64,000 nt of DNA from Coriobacteriales bacterium (lineage in GTDB: Bacteria > Actinomycetota > Coriobacteriia > Coriobacteriales > CADBOM01). Positions 8,023 through 17,497 of this stretch are shown here, one piece after another; position 1 is the first letter of the stretch; each line of letters starts with the position of its first letter. Below the pieces are notes generated by a model. It saw only the letters and a list, made by a program, of their open reading frames with translations. It was not told the DNA's origin and did not search any database. Location: contig JBMNUM010000005.1 of the NCBI GenBank assembly GCA_050946275.1, positions 34,860 through 98,859 of the forward strand. The letters are read 5' to 3'. The position numbers and the translations under genes were made by a program.

Positions 8023-9396
8023 ATGCACGGTACCGTAGCACATGCGGATACGAGGCTCATCGGCCGCAGCTTTCACGTGAAGGTGTTCGGCTGCCAGATG
8101 AACCGCAACGATGCCGAGCTCGTGCGCGGCATCCTCGCCGCCAGCGGGGCGATCGAGGTGCCCGCGGAGGAGTCTGCGGAGATCGTCGTCTTCATGACGT
8201 GCTGCGTGCGCGAGAAGGCCGACACGCGCGTGTTCGGGCAGATCTCGTCGATCGCGAGCGAGCCCGCGCCCTCCGGATCGGCCCTTCCCAAGAAGATCGT
8301 CGCAGTGGGAGGCTGCATCGGCCAGCGAGACGGCGAGAAGCTCGTCGAGATGCTGCCGGGCGTCGACGTCGTGTTCGGCACCCACAACATCGAGGACCTG
8401 CCCGGGTTGCTCGACGACGCGATGGCCCTCGGTGCGCCGCAGGCCCGTCTCGTGGACGACCGCGCTCCCTATGCCGCGGACACCCCGAAGACGCGCGAGA
8501 GCGGATTCCACGCATGGCTTCCCATCATGAAGGGCTGCAACAACTTCTGCACCTACTGCATCGTGCCTTATGTGCGTGGTCGGGAGATGAGCCGACCTCT
8601 CGAGGAGATCGTCGCCGAGGCAGCGTCGCTCGTCGAAGACGGCGTGCGCGAGATCACGCTCCTCGGACAGAATGTGAACTCCTACGGTTACGACCTCTAC
8701 GGCGAGGCCCGTTTCGCGCAGGCGCTGCGCTCCATCGGCGAGACGGGCATCGAGCGGCTGCGCTTCGTCACGAGCCATCCCAAGGACCTCTCGGACGAGA
8801 CGATCGCGGCTATGGCCGAGGTGCCGGCCGTCATGCCGGCGCTGCATCTACCCGTCCAGTCGGGCTCGGATCGCGTTCTAAGGGCCATGAACCGCGGTTA
8901 CACAGCCGAGCACTACCTGGGCATCATCGAGCGTCTGAGGGCGGCTGTGCCCGGCATAGCGCTCTCCTCCGATGTGATCGTCGGCTTCCCCGGGGAGACG
9001 GCGGAGGATTTCGAGGCGACGTTCGAGCTCGTGAAGTCCGTGGGCTACGCCCAGGTGTTCACGTTCATCTACTCGCGCCGGGCGGGCACGCCGGCCGCCA
9101 AGATGCCCGACGATACGCCACGCGAGGTCATCCAGGAGCGGTTCGACCGTCTCGTCGAGGTCGTGCAGCAGGGCGCCTGGGACTTCAACCAGGGTTCCCT
9201 CGGGGCGACCGTCCCCGTGCTCGTCGAGGGCGTCTCGAAGCGCGACGAGGGCATCATGGCCGGCAAGAGCCCCCAGAACCAAACCGTGCACTTCCCGTGC
9301 CCGCAGGACTCCGACCCCGATTCGCTCGTCGGCAGCATCGTCGACGTCAAGGTCGACAAGGCCCGGACCTGGTACCTGAGCGGGGAGCTCGCATGA
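8023..9396 (+). CDS. miaB: tRNA-2-methylthio-N6-dimethylallyladenosine synthase
   Basis: UPF0004 N-domain (VKVFGCQMN), radical-SAM CNNFCTYCIVP, C-terminal TRAM domain. The ATG at 8023 follows the PHP gene stop. Confidence 0.95.
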   Translation: MHGTVAHADTRLIGRSFHVKVFGCQMNRNDAELVRGILAASGAIEVPAEESAEIVVFMTCCVREKADTRVFGQISSIASEPAPSGSALPKKIVAVGGCIGQRDGEKLVEMLPGVDVVFGTHNIEDLPGLLDDAMALGAPQARLVDDRAPYAADTPKTRESGFHAWLPIMKGCNNFCTYCIVPYVRGREMSRPLEEIVAEAASLVEDGVREITLLGQNVNSYGYDLYGEARFAQALRSIGETGIERLRFVTSHPKDLSDETIAAMAEVPAVMPALHLPVQSGSDRVLRAMNRGYTAEHYLGIIERLRAAVPGIALSSDVIVGFPGETAEDFEATFELVKSVGYAQVFTFIYSRRAGTPAAKMPDDTPREVIQERFDRLVEVVQQGAWDFNQGSLGATVPVLVEGVSKRDEGIMAGKSPQNQTVHFPCPQDSDPDSLVGSIVDVKVDKARTWYLSGELA

Positions 9397-10367
9397 GCAG
9401 CACCGGAGAGACCATGAGCCGCATGCAATCCGGTGCCTTCGCCGGCTCGCCGGGCGAGATCGCGGAGCGGATCGTCGCCAGGATAGCAGCCGAACCCTCC
9501 GACCGGGTCATCGCGGTAGTCGGGGCGACGGGGGTGGGCAAGTCCTCCGTTGCCGATGCGGTCGCCCGGGTCCTCGATGCCGAGATCGTCTCGGCCGACT
9601 CCATGCAGGTCTACCGCGGCATGGACATCGGCACGGCCAAGGTTCCCGTGGAAAAGCGCGGCGTGCCATACCATTGCCTCGATCTCGTCGATCCCGGACA
9701 GCCGTATTCCGCATCGCTCTACCAGCGCGATGCGCGTGCGGCCATCGAGGACATCCATTCTCGCGGGAAGCGCGCCATCGTCTGCGGTGGCACCGGACTC
9801 TATGTGCGCGCAGCCCTCGACGACATGAGATTTCCGGCGGGCGAGCAGGTGTCCAATCCAGTGCGCGAGCGTTACGAGCGAATAGCAGCCGAGGAGGGGC
9901 CGGAGCGCTTGCACGCGATGCTCGCCGAGGCCGATCCCGAGAGCGCGGCGCTCATCCACCCCAACAACGTGCGCCGCGTCGTCCGCGCCTTCGAGATGCT
10001 CGACGAGGGTGTCAGCTATGCAGAGCAGAACAAGGGCTTCGACAGTTTCGAACCCTATTACGATGCGCTCTACTTCGGCTTGACCATGGACACCGATCTT
10101 CTCTACGCCGCCATCGACCGCCGCGTCGACGCGATGATGGATGCCGGGCTGCTCGATGAGGTCCGGACGCTGGCGGACCGCGGCTTCGCCGATGCCATCA
10201 CATCATCGCAGGCTATCGGCTATAAGGAATTCCTCGACGCGTTCGCGGGGGAGTGCACGATCGAGGAGGCGGTCGAGAGCGTCAAGCGCTCCACGCGCCG
10301 CTACAGCAAGCGCCAGCGCACCTGGTTCAAGCGCGATCCGCGCATCGAGTGGTTCGAGGTGCGATGA
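9393..10367 (+). CDS. miaA: tRNA dimethylallyltransferase
   Basis: P-loop GATGVGKS, DSMQVYRGMDIGTAK, and ATGA overlap with the miaB stop. Only the last 324 codons of the 722-aa track ORF are used. Confidence 0.9.
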   Translation: MSSTGETMSRMQSGAFAGSPGEIAERIVARIAAEPSDRVIAVVGATGVGKSSVADAVARVLDAEIVSADSMQVYRGMDIGTAKVPVEKRGVPYHCLDLVDPGQPYSASLYQRDARAAIEDIHSRGKRAIVCGGTGLYVRAALDDMRFPAGEQVSNPVRERYERIAAEEGPERLHAMLAEADPESAALIHPNNVRRVVRAFEMLDEGVSYAEQNKGFDSFEPYYDALYFGLTMDTDLLYAAIDRRVDAMMDAGLLDEVRTLADRGFADAITSSQAIGYKEFLDAFAGECTIEEAVESVKRSTRRYSKRQRTWFKRDPRIEWFEVR

Positions 10368-10471
10368 GCCGCCAATCGGTCGAGGAGAGCGAACGCTATC
10401 CGACTCGTTAAGACAGGCACTGCAGATGCCGGATGTCGATTCGGGACATGCCCCGGCTCTCACCCGACCTG

Positions 10472-10975
10472 CTATCCGAGGTCGTCCAGGTAGGCCTCGA
10501 GGAAGCCCTTCGCGATGTCCATGATGATGTTCTCCCGAGCCTCCTCGGGTGTGAACCAGCGATAGGCGTCGACCTCGTAATTCGTATCGAGCTCCGAATC
10601 GTCTGCGACATATGCGACGAAGTTGCACATCAGCGTGCCCGTGCCAGCGTAGAAGCCGGATTTGTTGAATCTCTTGCGCACGACGGTCATGCCGGTCTCC
10701 TCGCGCACCTCGCGCGAGACGGCGTCCTCGAGCGACTCGCCGCGGTTCACATATCCGGCGACGAGCATGTAATAGGGTTTGCCGTATTGGTTGATCAGCA
10801 AGATCTTGCCAGTCGACTCGTTCACGACGATCATGCTCACTGCCACGTTGTACTGGGGAAAGCGAAACTTGCCGCATTCCGGGCAGTAGGGGACGATTCC
10901 CTCGTGCTCGAGCTCGCGTTCGATAAGTTCGGCGCCGCACTCGCGGCAGTGCTTGCCAGACATGCTCCACCCCAT
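10472..10975 (-). CDS. NUDIX hydrolase with N-terminal zinc ribbon (NudC-like)
   Basis: CRECG...CPECG zinc ribbon. Nudix box GYVNRGESLEDAVSREVREETG. Confidence 0.8.
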   Translation of the reverse strand: MGWSMSGKHCRECGAELIERELEHEGIVPYCPECGKFRFPQYNVAVSMIVVNESTGKILLINQYGKPYYMLVAGYVNRGESLEDAVSREVREETGMTVVRKRFNKSGFYAGTGTLMCNFVAYVADDSELDTNYEVDAYRWFTPEEARENIIMDIAKGFLEAYLDDLG

Positions 10976-11207
10976 CTTCGACGATTGCCCGTTTGCTCCA
11001 AAGACAATCTATCATCATGGGCGGCACGTGGGGATGGTCGTGTTGCCCATCGACAAATCCGATGTTTTGACGGTGCTGGGGGGTGGCCCGTTGCCACCAC
11101 GATGTTGGGGAGAGCAGTGACGGATAGATGCGCGCGCGTACCGTTATCGGTACTCGCTTCACCCGTGGGTCTGGGATAATGGAATCAACGGAGAATCGGA
11201 CCATGGC

Positions 11208-12356
11208 ATGGCTGGGGAGGGTGCAATGATCACGTTGGAGCAGGCAATCGAGATCGCGCTGCTGGTGCGCGACGATGTGGACTCGTACACGGAGTTCGAG
11301 AACATGTACGTGTTCGAGAACAGGAACAACCCGGGAGGATTCGGCGGGCGCCAGCCCGTCTGCATCGACAAGGAGACGGGGGAGTGGACGTTCCCGCTCG
11401 CCTTGGCCGAGAGCGGTTTCGATGAGGGCGCTTACGTCGGCGAGGGCATGATTCCCGACAAGAAGCGGAAGAAGTCGTTCAGCCTGCGCGATGCCGTGTA
11501 TGGCGCGGCTGTGGGTGACGCGCTCGGCGTACCCTACGAGTTCCTCACAAGAGACACGTTCGAGTGCACGGGCATGACCTCCGGCGGCCACCATGGCCAG
11601 CCTGCGGGTACCTTCTCCGACGACACCTCGATGATGCTCGCGACCTGCGACAGCATCAGGGCGCGAGACGAGAAGGTGCGCACCGGCGATATGTACTCGA
11701 GGTTCAGGGACTGGGCTTACAAGGGGCACTATGCGGTCGACGGCAACGTCTTCGATATCGGCAACACCGTCGCGACGGCGATTTCCGATGGCAAGGCGCA
11801 GGATGGCGAGTACAGCAACGGCAACGGGTCGCTCATGCGCATAGCTCCGCTCGCGTTCATCTGGGCCGACGATGACGAGGTGCGTGCGGCGTCGGCGGTC
11901 ACGCATGCGCACAGGATCTCGACGGAATCGTGCCTCATCTTCGTGCACCTGCTCCGCAAGATCATCTTCGGCGTGCCTTTCGATGAGGCGCTCGAGAGCG
12001 TCATTCCCGACGATGACGAGTTCGCGTTCCTGCATGACGTCACCTCGTGGCCGCGCGAGAAGGTCAAGTCGGGCGGTTTCGTGCTCGACACGCTCGGGGC
12101 GGCCCTCTGGTGTTTCGCGAACACCGACAGCTATGCGGAGTGCGTGTTGGCGGCAGTCAACCTGGGCAACGACTCGGATACGACGGCATGCGTCGCGGGC
12201 GCTCTCGCGGGTACGTATTACGGTTATGATGCAATTCCGACCGAGTGGCTCGAGACGTTGCGCGGCAAGGACATCATCGACGCCTGCCTCTTCCGCGGCA
12301 TCGAGCGCCTGCGCGAGCACGACCACGATCACGAGCACGGTCACTCTCACGATTAG
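11208..12356 (+). CDS. ADP-ribosylglycohydrolase-family protein with extra N-terminal domain and His-rich tail
   Basis: ARH motifs GAAVGDALGVPYEF, DDTSMMLA, GNGSLMRIAPL and GNDSDTTACVAGALAG. An ~90-aa N-terminal region has no recognised family. C-terminus is EHDHDHEHGHSHD. The start may instead be the ATG at 11226, preceded by GGGGAGGG. Confidence 0.85.
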   Translation: MAGEGAMITLEQAIEIALLVRDDVDSYTEFENMYVFENRNNPGGFGGRQPVCIDKETGEWTFPLALAESGFDEGAYVGEGMIPDKKRKKSFSLRDAVYGAAVGDALGVPYEFLTRDTFECTGMTSGGHHGQPAGTFSDDTSMMLATCDSIRARDEKVRTGDMYSRFRDWAYKGHYAVDGNVFDIGNTVATAISDGKAQDGEYSNGNGSLMRIAPLAFIWADDDEVRAASAVTHAHRISTESCLIFVHLLRKIIFGVPFDEALESVIPDDDEFAFLHDVTSWPREKVKSGGFVLDTLGAALWCFANTDSYAECVLAAVNLGNDSDTTACVAGALAGTYYGYDAIPTEWLETLRGKDIIDACLFRGIERLREHDHDHEHGHSHD

Positions 12357-12538
12357 GCCGGCGCGAGAGGACGTATCGTTTTCTTCGCAATCCTTTGCAT
12401 CTTCGACCCCGCTTTGACTACACTGTGGAGAGGGGGTGATTGCCGTGAGGCAAACGATTCTCGAAAAGCCCGGCAGTGTCGTAGCCGAGTCGAGGAGTTC
12501 GACGAATTGCACCGCTCCCTCGTGAGGGGTTAGCGAAG

Positions 12539-13243
12539 ATGTTCGACGGAGTGCTTGATTTCGACCTTACCGCATCTGCCACCGAGCCGATGGAAGTTCC
12601 ATGTCCCGTTTGCCACCACGACTTCGGTTATGAGGCTTGGAAGGTGGTCAACGCCGGTCTCGACCACATGCTGGCCGTGGCGGTCAAGGACGGCATGCTG
12701 TTTGCCTACACCTGCCCGAATTGCGGGTACTCGGACCATCTTGTGCACGAATGCATGTATCTCGACGGTCCCAACAATGCGTGCGTGAATCTCGTCGTGA
12801 GCCCTGGGATGGCTGCATTGGCCGAGGTGGTCTTCGACGGTTACGAGATGGGCGGAGGCCATGGCGGCGTCGATGGGAGCAGGCGGCGCATCGTTTTCAA
12901 CCGGTTTGACTTGCGGGAGAAGGCCCGCGTGTTCTCGGAGGGCGTCGACGACCGCGTCATCGAGTTGGTCAAGCTCGATATCGCAAGCTCCATGCGTTTC
13001 GACGAGGCGCCGCATTGGCAAACGGCTCCCCAGGCTCGCTTCAGCCACGTGCACGGCACCCTCCTCGGTTTCGATGTGGTCTACGGCAGCAGCCAGACGG
13101 ATATCGTGGTTCCGCATGGGCTCTACGATGCTTATGCCGAGGCCCTCGGCCGCTCCTCGCTCGCCACGCGGGACTCGTATTACATCGACGCGCGATGGGC
13201 CCGGCAGGCGCTCGAGGTCCTCGAGACGGAGCAGGTGCTGTAA
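12539..13243 (+). CDS. CpXC-domain protein
   Basis: Two CPxC motifs (PCPVCHH, TCPNCGY) near the N-terminus. The remainder is uncharacterised. Confidence 0.6.
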   Translation: MFDGVLDFDLTASATEPMEVPCPVCHHDFGYEAWKVVNAGLDHMLAVAVKDGMLFAYTCPNCGYSDHLVHECMYLDGPNNACVNLVVSPGMAALAEVVFDGYEMGGGHGGVDGSRRRIVFNRFDLREKARVFSEGVDDRVIELVKLDIASSMRFDEAPHWQTAPQARFSHVHGTLLGFDVVYGSSQTDIVVPHGLYDAYAEALGRSSLATRDSYYIDARWARQALEVLETEQVL

Positions 13244-13321
13244 GATAGTGCGAAACATCGGGATGCGGCCTGCAAGACCGCGGCTCGACCACCTAGATAC
13301 CATGAGAATCCGGAGGCCCCT

Positions 13322-14617
13322 TTGGGCGATTTCGAAGTTATAACCGACGAGGAGGAGCTGCAGGAGCGCGCTCTGCTCGTCGGCATCGACCGGGGCGATC
13401 CCGAATGGCCCCTGTCCGAGTCCCTTGCAGAGCTCGAGCGTCTTGTGGATACGGCCGGCGCTCGCGTCGTCGCCTCCACCTACCAGCGGCTGAAGACCCC
13501 CAACCCGCGCACGTTCGTCGGCAGCGGCAAAGCCGAGGAGATCGCCGAGCTCGCCCGGGCAAACGACGTGCAGCTCGTCGTGTTCGATGACGAGCTCTCA
13601 CCCTCGCAGCAAGCGAATCTCGAACGGGTCATCAAGGACGTCAAGATCATCGACCGAACCGCGCTCATCCTCGACATATTCTCGCTGCACGCGCTGACCC
13701 GGGAGGGCCGCCTGCAGGTCAGGCTCGCGCAGAACCAGTACCTCTATCCCCGGTTGCGCGGCATGTGGGCACATCTCGCATCGAACCGCATGGGCGGCGG
13801 CGTGGGCTCTCGCTTCGGCGAGGGCGAGAGCCAGCTCGAGGTCGACCGCCGTATGGTTCGCAAGCGCATCGACAAGATTCGGGCCGAGCTGGCGAAGCTC
13901 GAGCGCGACCGGCATCTCCAGCGCAAGGCCCGCAACGAGGATGGCATCGCGAAGGCGGTGCTCGTCGGCTACACGAACGCGGGAAAATCGACGCTTCTCA
14001 ACGCTCTGACCGGCGCCGGCGTGCTCGCGCAGGACAAGCTGTTCGCGACGCTCGATTCCACAACGCGCCAGCTTGCGCTTCCAGAAGGCCGCAAGATCAC
14101 GCTGACCGATACGGTCGGGTTCATCCAGAAGCTCCCCACGACGCTCGTGGAATCGTTCAAGTCGACGTTGGACGAGGTGGCCGATGCCGACCTCGTCATC
14201 AACGTGTGCGACGCTTCGTCCGCCCGCATGGAGGCGCAGCGCCGGGCCGTGCTCGACGTGCTCGAGCAGATAGGGGCCGTCTCGGTTCCGACGATCATGG
14301 TCATGAACAAGGCTGACCTGCTCGACGAGGAGACCCGCGAGGCGATGAGCCGACGTTATTCGGATGCGGTGTTCATGAGCGCGCGCGAGGGCATGGGCAT
14401 CGACGAGTTGCTGTCGCGTATCTCGCAGGCATGCGCCGCCGCCGATTCATCCATGAGCGTGTGCATCCCATACGATCGCGGCGACCTGGTGCAACTCGCG
14501 CACGATAAATGCACCGTGGCCTCCATCAGCTACACGGAGCGGGGAACGGAGCTCGTCATGAGATGCCCCGTGTCCCTGGCTCGCGCATTCGCGCCGTTCG
14601 AGATGGGTGCGTCGTGA
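13322..14617 (+). CDS. hflX: GTPase HflX
   Basis: HflX N-domain, G1 GYTNAGKST, G3 DTVGF, G4 NKAD. TTG start. Confidence 0.9.
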   Translation: MGDFEVITDEEELQERALLVGIDRGDPEWPLSESLAELERLVDTAGARVVASTYQRLKTPNPRTFVGSGKAEEIAELARANDVQLVVFDDELSPSQQANLERVIKDVKIIDRTALILDIFSLHALTREGRLQVRLAQNQYLYPRLRGMWAHLASNRMGGGVGSRFGEGESQLEVDRRMVRKRIDKIRAELAKLERDRHLQRKARNEDGIAKAVLVGYTNAGKSTLLNALTGAGVLAQDKLFATLDSTTRQLALPEGRKITLTDTVGFIQKLPTTLVESFKSTLDEVADADLVINVCDASSARMEAQRRAVLDVLEQIGAVSVPTIMVMNKADLLDEETREAMSRRYSDAVFMSAREGMGIDELLSRISQACAAADSSMSVCIPYDRGDLVQLAHDKCTVASISYTERGTELVMRCPVSLARAFAPFEMGAS

Positions 14618-15486
14618 TGCGCGAGGTTCGGATAGCGCTCGATGCCGGTGGACGAGACGGTTACACCGGTGATATGGCTCGGGCAGGGTCGCCCCTCGTG
14701 CCGCTTCGAAGCTCGAAGCGCATGCGCATCGAACCCTTCGGGCGTGTGCTCGTGCCTACGGGAGCGCGCGTTGCCCTGCCGCCGGGATGCGGCGGTTTCG
14801 TCGTGACGGAGGCTGCCATAGCGCGTCATGGGCTCATGTTCGCCAATGCGCCGGGCCTCATCGACGAGGGATACCGTGGCGAGGTGGGCCTTGCGGCGGT
14901 CAATTTCGATGCGAGCGACCCGATCGATATCGGGCGGGGTGACCTGCTCGCGTACATGCTTGTCTTGGAGACCGCGCGGTGCCGGGTGGCCACGATTGGG
15001 GAATCTGACGAGCAACGGCAAGCTGAGAGGGGAGACGAGATGGCGGTTGAGCCCATCGTGAGCGTTGCAATCCATGATGAGATGGCGGGAGCGCCCGCTT
15101 ACGCGCATGAGATGGATAACGGTATGGACCTACGCTGCGCGGAGGCGTTTCACCTCGAGCCCTTCGAGCGGCGCGAGGTGAGGCTGGGCATCGGCATCGG
15201 ACTGTCATATGGCCTCATCGCCCAAATCCAGCCACGGAGCGGACTCGCCCTCAAGCAGGGCCTCTCCGTGGCGGGAAGCCCCCTTATCCTCGAGAGCCCC
15301 CGGGTTGAAGACGAGCTCGTCGTGCCGTTCGTCAACCTCGACCCAAGCGAGCCGATCGATATCGAGGCGGGCACCCGTGTCGCGCAGCTCGTGATCTTCC
15401 ACGCCGATCCCGTCGATATCCGCGTCGTGGATTCGCTCGAGGACACGGACCGGGGTTCCGGCGGCTTTGGGAGCACCGGCGTCTAG
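14617..15486 (+). CDS. dut: duplicated (two-domain) dUTP diphosphatase
   Basis: 289 aa, about twice a normal Dut subunit. The start overlaps the hflX stop (GTGATG at 14614-14619). The N-half carries motif 3, GLIDEGYRGE. The C-half carries motifs 1 (NGMDL), 2 (PRSGLA), 4 (RVAQLV) and 5 (RGSGGFGSTG). Confidence 0.8.
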   Translation: MREVRIALDAGGRDGYTGDMARAGSPLVPLRSSKRMRIEPFGRVLVPTGARVALPPGCGGFVVTEAAIARHGLMFANAPGLIDEGYRGEVGLAAVNFDASDPIDIGRGDLLAYMLVLETARCRVATIGESDEQRQAERGDEMAVEPIVSVAIHDEMAGAPAYAHEMDNGMDLRCAEAFHLEPFERREVRLGIGIGLSYGLIAQIQPRSGLALKQGLSVAGSPLILESPRVEDELVVPFVNLDPSEPIDIEAGTRVAQLVIFHADPVDIRVVDSLEDTDRGSGGFGSTGV

Positions 15487-15493
15487 CGAGAAC

Positions 15494-15570
15494 CGGGGCG
15501 CTCTCCAGGAGAGTGCTCCACAAATTAATTTAGTTGACAATTGGAACGTTCCCGCGGGGAGCGTTCCAAT
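15494..15570 (+). terminator. two stem-loops downstream of dut
   Basis: GGGGCGCTCTCC-agga-GAGTGCTCC (about 15494-15520) and ATTGGAACGTTCCCG/CGGGGAGCGTTCCAAT (15540-15570). No strong U-tract. Confidence 0.4.
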
Positions 15571-15690
15571 CGTTATGGCCGGTGGCGGCATGCTCGGCGT
15601 CGAGTTCTTGCTTATATTTCAAATTTTTTTAATTTTGAACTATCATAGGGATGTTCAGTGAGCGTGCACGAATACATCGAAAGGATTCCG

Positions 15691-16581
15691 ATGTCCGATT
15701 TCATCATCAGCTGCTGCTCCACCGCGGATATGAGGGAAGAGCAATTCCGCGAGCTCGACATCAAGGTCATCTTTTTCCATTTCTCGCTCGACGGCAAGCA
15801 ATACGACGACGACCTCGGCAAGTCGATCCCCTATGAGGACTTCTACCGCATGATGGCGGAGCCGAACTCCGAGACCATGACGTCGCAGCCGAACAAGGGC
15901 GAGTTCATCGACTTCTGGAAGCCGTTCCTCGAGGAGGGCAAGGACATTCTGCACGTGACGCTGTCTACCGGCATCTCGGGCGTGTACAACTCCGCGACCG
16001 CAGCTCAGGAGCAGCTGCTCGAGGAGTATCCCGACCGCAAGATCTACGTCGTCGACTCGCTCGGCGCATCCGGAGGCTACGGCTTCCTCGTGTCGGAGCT
16101 CTCGCGCCTGCGCGCTTCTGGCATGCCCATCGACGAGGTCCGCGACTTCGCCCTCGACCATCGTCTGAACGTTCATCATTGGTTCTTCTCGACAGACCTC
16201 ACCTTCTATGTGAGGGGCGGGCGAATCTCCAAGGCCTCCGGCTGGTTCGGCACGATGCTCAACATCTGCCCGCTGCTCAACATGGACAACCTCGGCCGTC
16301 TGATCCCGAGGTTCAAGATCCGCGGGAAGAAGAACGTCATCAAGGAGATCGTCGCCAAGATGGAAGAGCATGCGCGCGACGGCCTCGATTACAACGGCAA
16401 GTGCGCCATCACGCATTCCGCGTGCTACGATGACGCCCGCGCCGTCGCCGACCTCATCGAGAAGAAGTTCCCCTTCCTCGACGGTTCGGTCGACATCAAC
16501 TACGTCGGAACCACGATCGGCAGCCACACCGGCCCCGGCACCGTGGCGCTGTACTTCTGGGGCGACGAGCGCACGCTCTAG
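15691..16581 (+). CDS. DegV-family fatty-acid-binding protein
   Basis: DegV-like N-terminus (IISCCSTADM) and overall DegV pattern. The ATG at 15691 is preceded by AAAGGA. The track ORF starts at GTG 15658. Confidence 0.85.
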   Translation: MSDFIISCCSTADMREEQFRELDIKVIFFHFSLDGKQYDDDLGKSIPYEDFYRMMAEPNSETMTSQPNKGEFIDFWKPFLEEGKDILHVTLSTGISGVYNSATAAQEQLLEEYPDRKIYVVDSLGASGGYGFLVSELSRLRASGMPIDEVRDFALDHRLNVHHWFFSTDLTFYVRGGRISKASGWFGTMLNICPLLNMDNLGRLIPRFKIRGKKNVIKEIVAKMEEHARDGLDYNGKCAITHSACYDDARAVADLIEKKFPFLDGSVDINYVGTTIGSHTGPGTVALYFWGDERTL

Positions 16582-16604
16582 GTTTTGAGAAGATGAGATA
16601 GCCG

Positions 16605-16645
16605 AACCGCCGCTGCCGCAATCAACGTGACAGCGGCGGTTTTTC
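16605..16645 (+). terminator. intrinsic terminator after degV
   Basis: AACCGCCGCTG ... CAGCGGCGGTT stem followed by TTTTC. Confidence 0.7.
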
Positions 16646-16665
16646 ATGCACGAGGAGGAAACGGC

Positions 16666-17067
16666 ATGGACCTTCAGGAGATCAGGGAGAAGTTCTCCAA
16701 CGATAGATTCGCAACGGATTGCCTGGGCGCAGTAGTCGAGAGCGTCGAGGGAGACGAGGCGGTGTGCTCGTTCGAGATCGGCCCGCAGCACCGCAATGCC
16801 GCCGGGGGAGTGATGGGCGGCGCGCTGTTCACGATCGCCGATTTCGCCTTCGCCGTCGCGACCAATCATGGCGGCACGCTCGTCGTTTCGGCAGCGAGCA
16901 CCATCGAGTTCATCGGCGGTGCGAAGGGAAGCCGCGTCATCGCACGCGCCGTGCCCGACAAGATCGGACGCTCGTTGTGCTTCTACACGGTGAGGGTGGA
17001 GGACGACCTCGGCAACCTCCTCGCCAAAGTGAGCATCACGGGCAAGATCACATCAGCCAAGATCTGA
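16666..17067 (+). CDS. PaaI-family hotdog-fold thioesterase
   Basis: HRNAAGGVMGGALFTIADFAFAVA motif. The ATG at 16666 is preceded by GAGGAGGA. Confidence 0.8.
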   Translation: MDLQEIREKFSNDRFATDCLGAVVESVEGDEAVCSFEIGPQHRNAAGGVMGGALFTIADFAFAVATNHGGTLVVSAASTIEFIGGAKGSRVIARAVPDKIGRSLCFYTVRVEDDLGNLLAKVSITGKITSAKI

Positions 17068-17072
17068 GGGCG

Positions 17073-17480
17073 CTAAGCGCGCCTCATGCGGCGTAGGATC
17101 CGCAGCAGCATCTCGCGCTCCACATCGTCGAGGCCGCTCGTCATCTCGGTCTCCCAATCCTGGTAGATCGTGCGCACCTCGTAGAACTTTCGCATGCCCT
17201 CGTCCGTGAGGCGCAGCATGCACGCGCGCCGGTCATGAGCGTGGCTTTCGCGGATCGCCATTCCACACGACTCGAGCTTCTTGACCGTTCTCGTCGTATA
17301 GCCGCTATCGGCGCTTATGTCACGCGAGATGTCGCTGGGGGAGCAGTTCGGATGGTCCCCGATGTAGACGAGGAACGTTATCTGGCCCTGGCTCAAGCCG
17401 CAGTCGCCAAGCACCGACGAGCAGTAGGTCGTGAAATCTTCGTTCATCGCGTTTATAAAATCTATCAAAGTTTCACTCAT
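17073..17480 (-). CDS. MarR-family transcriptional regulator
   Basis: 135 aa. Winged-helix region with RTVKKLESCGMAIRESHAHDRRACMLRLTDEG. Confidence 0.85.
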   Translation of the reverse strand: MSETLIDFINAMNEDFTTYCSSVLGDCGLSQGQITFLVYIGDHPNCSPSDISRDISADSGYTTRTVKKLESCGMAIRESHAHDRRACMLRLTDEGMRKFYEVRTIYQDWETEMTSGLDDVEREMLLRILRRMRRA

Positions 17481-17497
17481 ATTTTCTCCAAAAGTAC

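Noticed and set aside
14617-15486. Interpretation of dut as two separate adjacent dUTPase genes
   Set aside because: There is no stop codon between the halves. The second half alone lacks motif 3 and the first half alone lacks motifs 1, 2, 4 and 5, so neither would be a complete enzyme. A sequencing frameshift cannot be excluded without other genomes.
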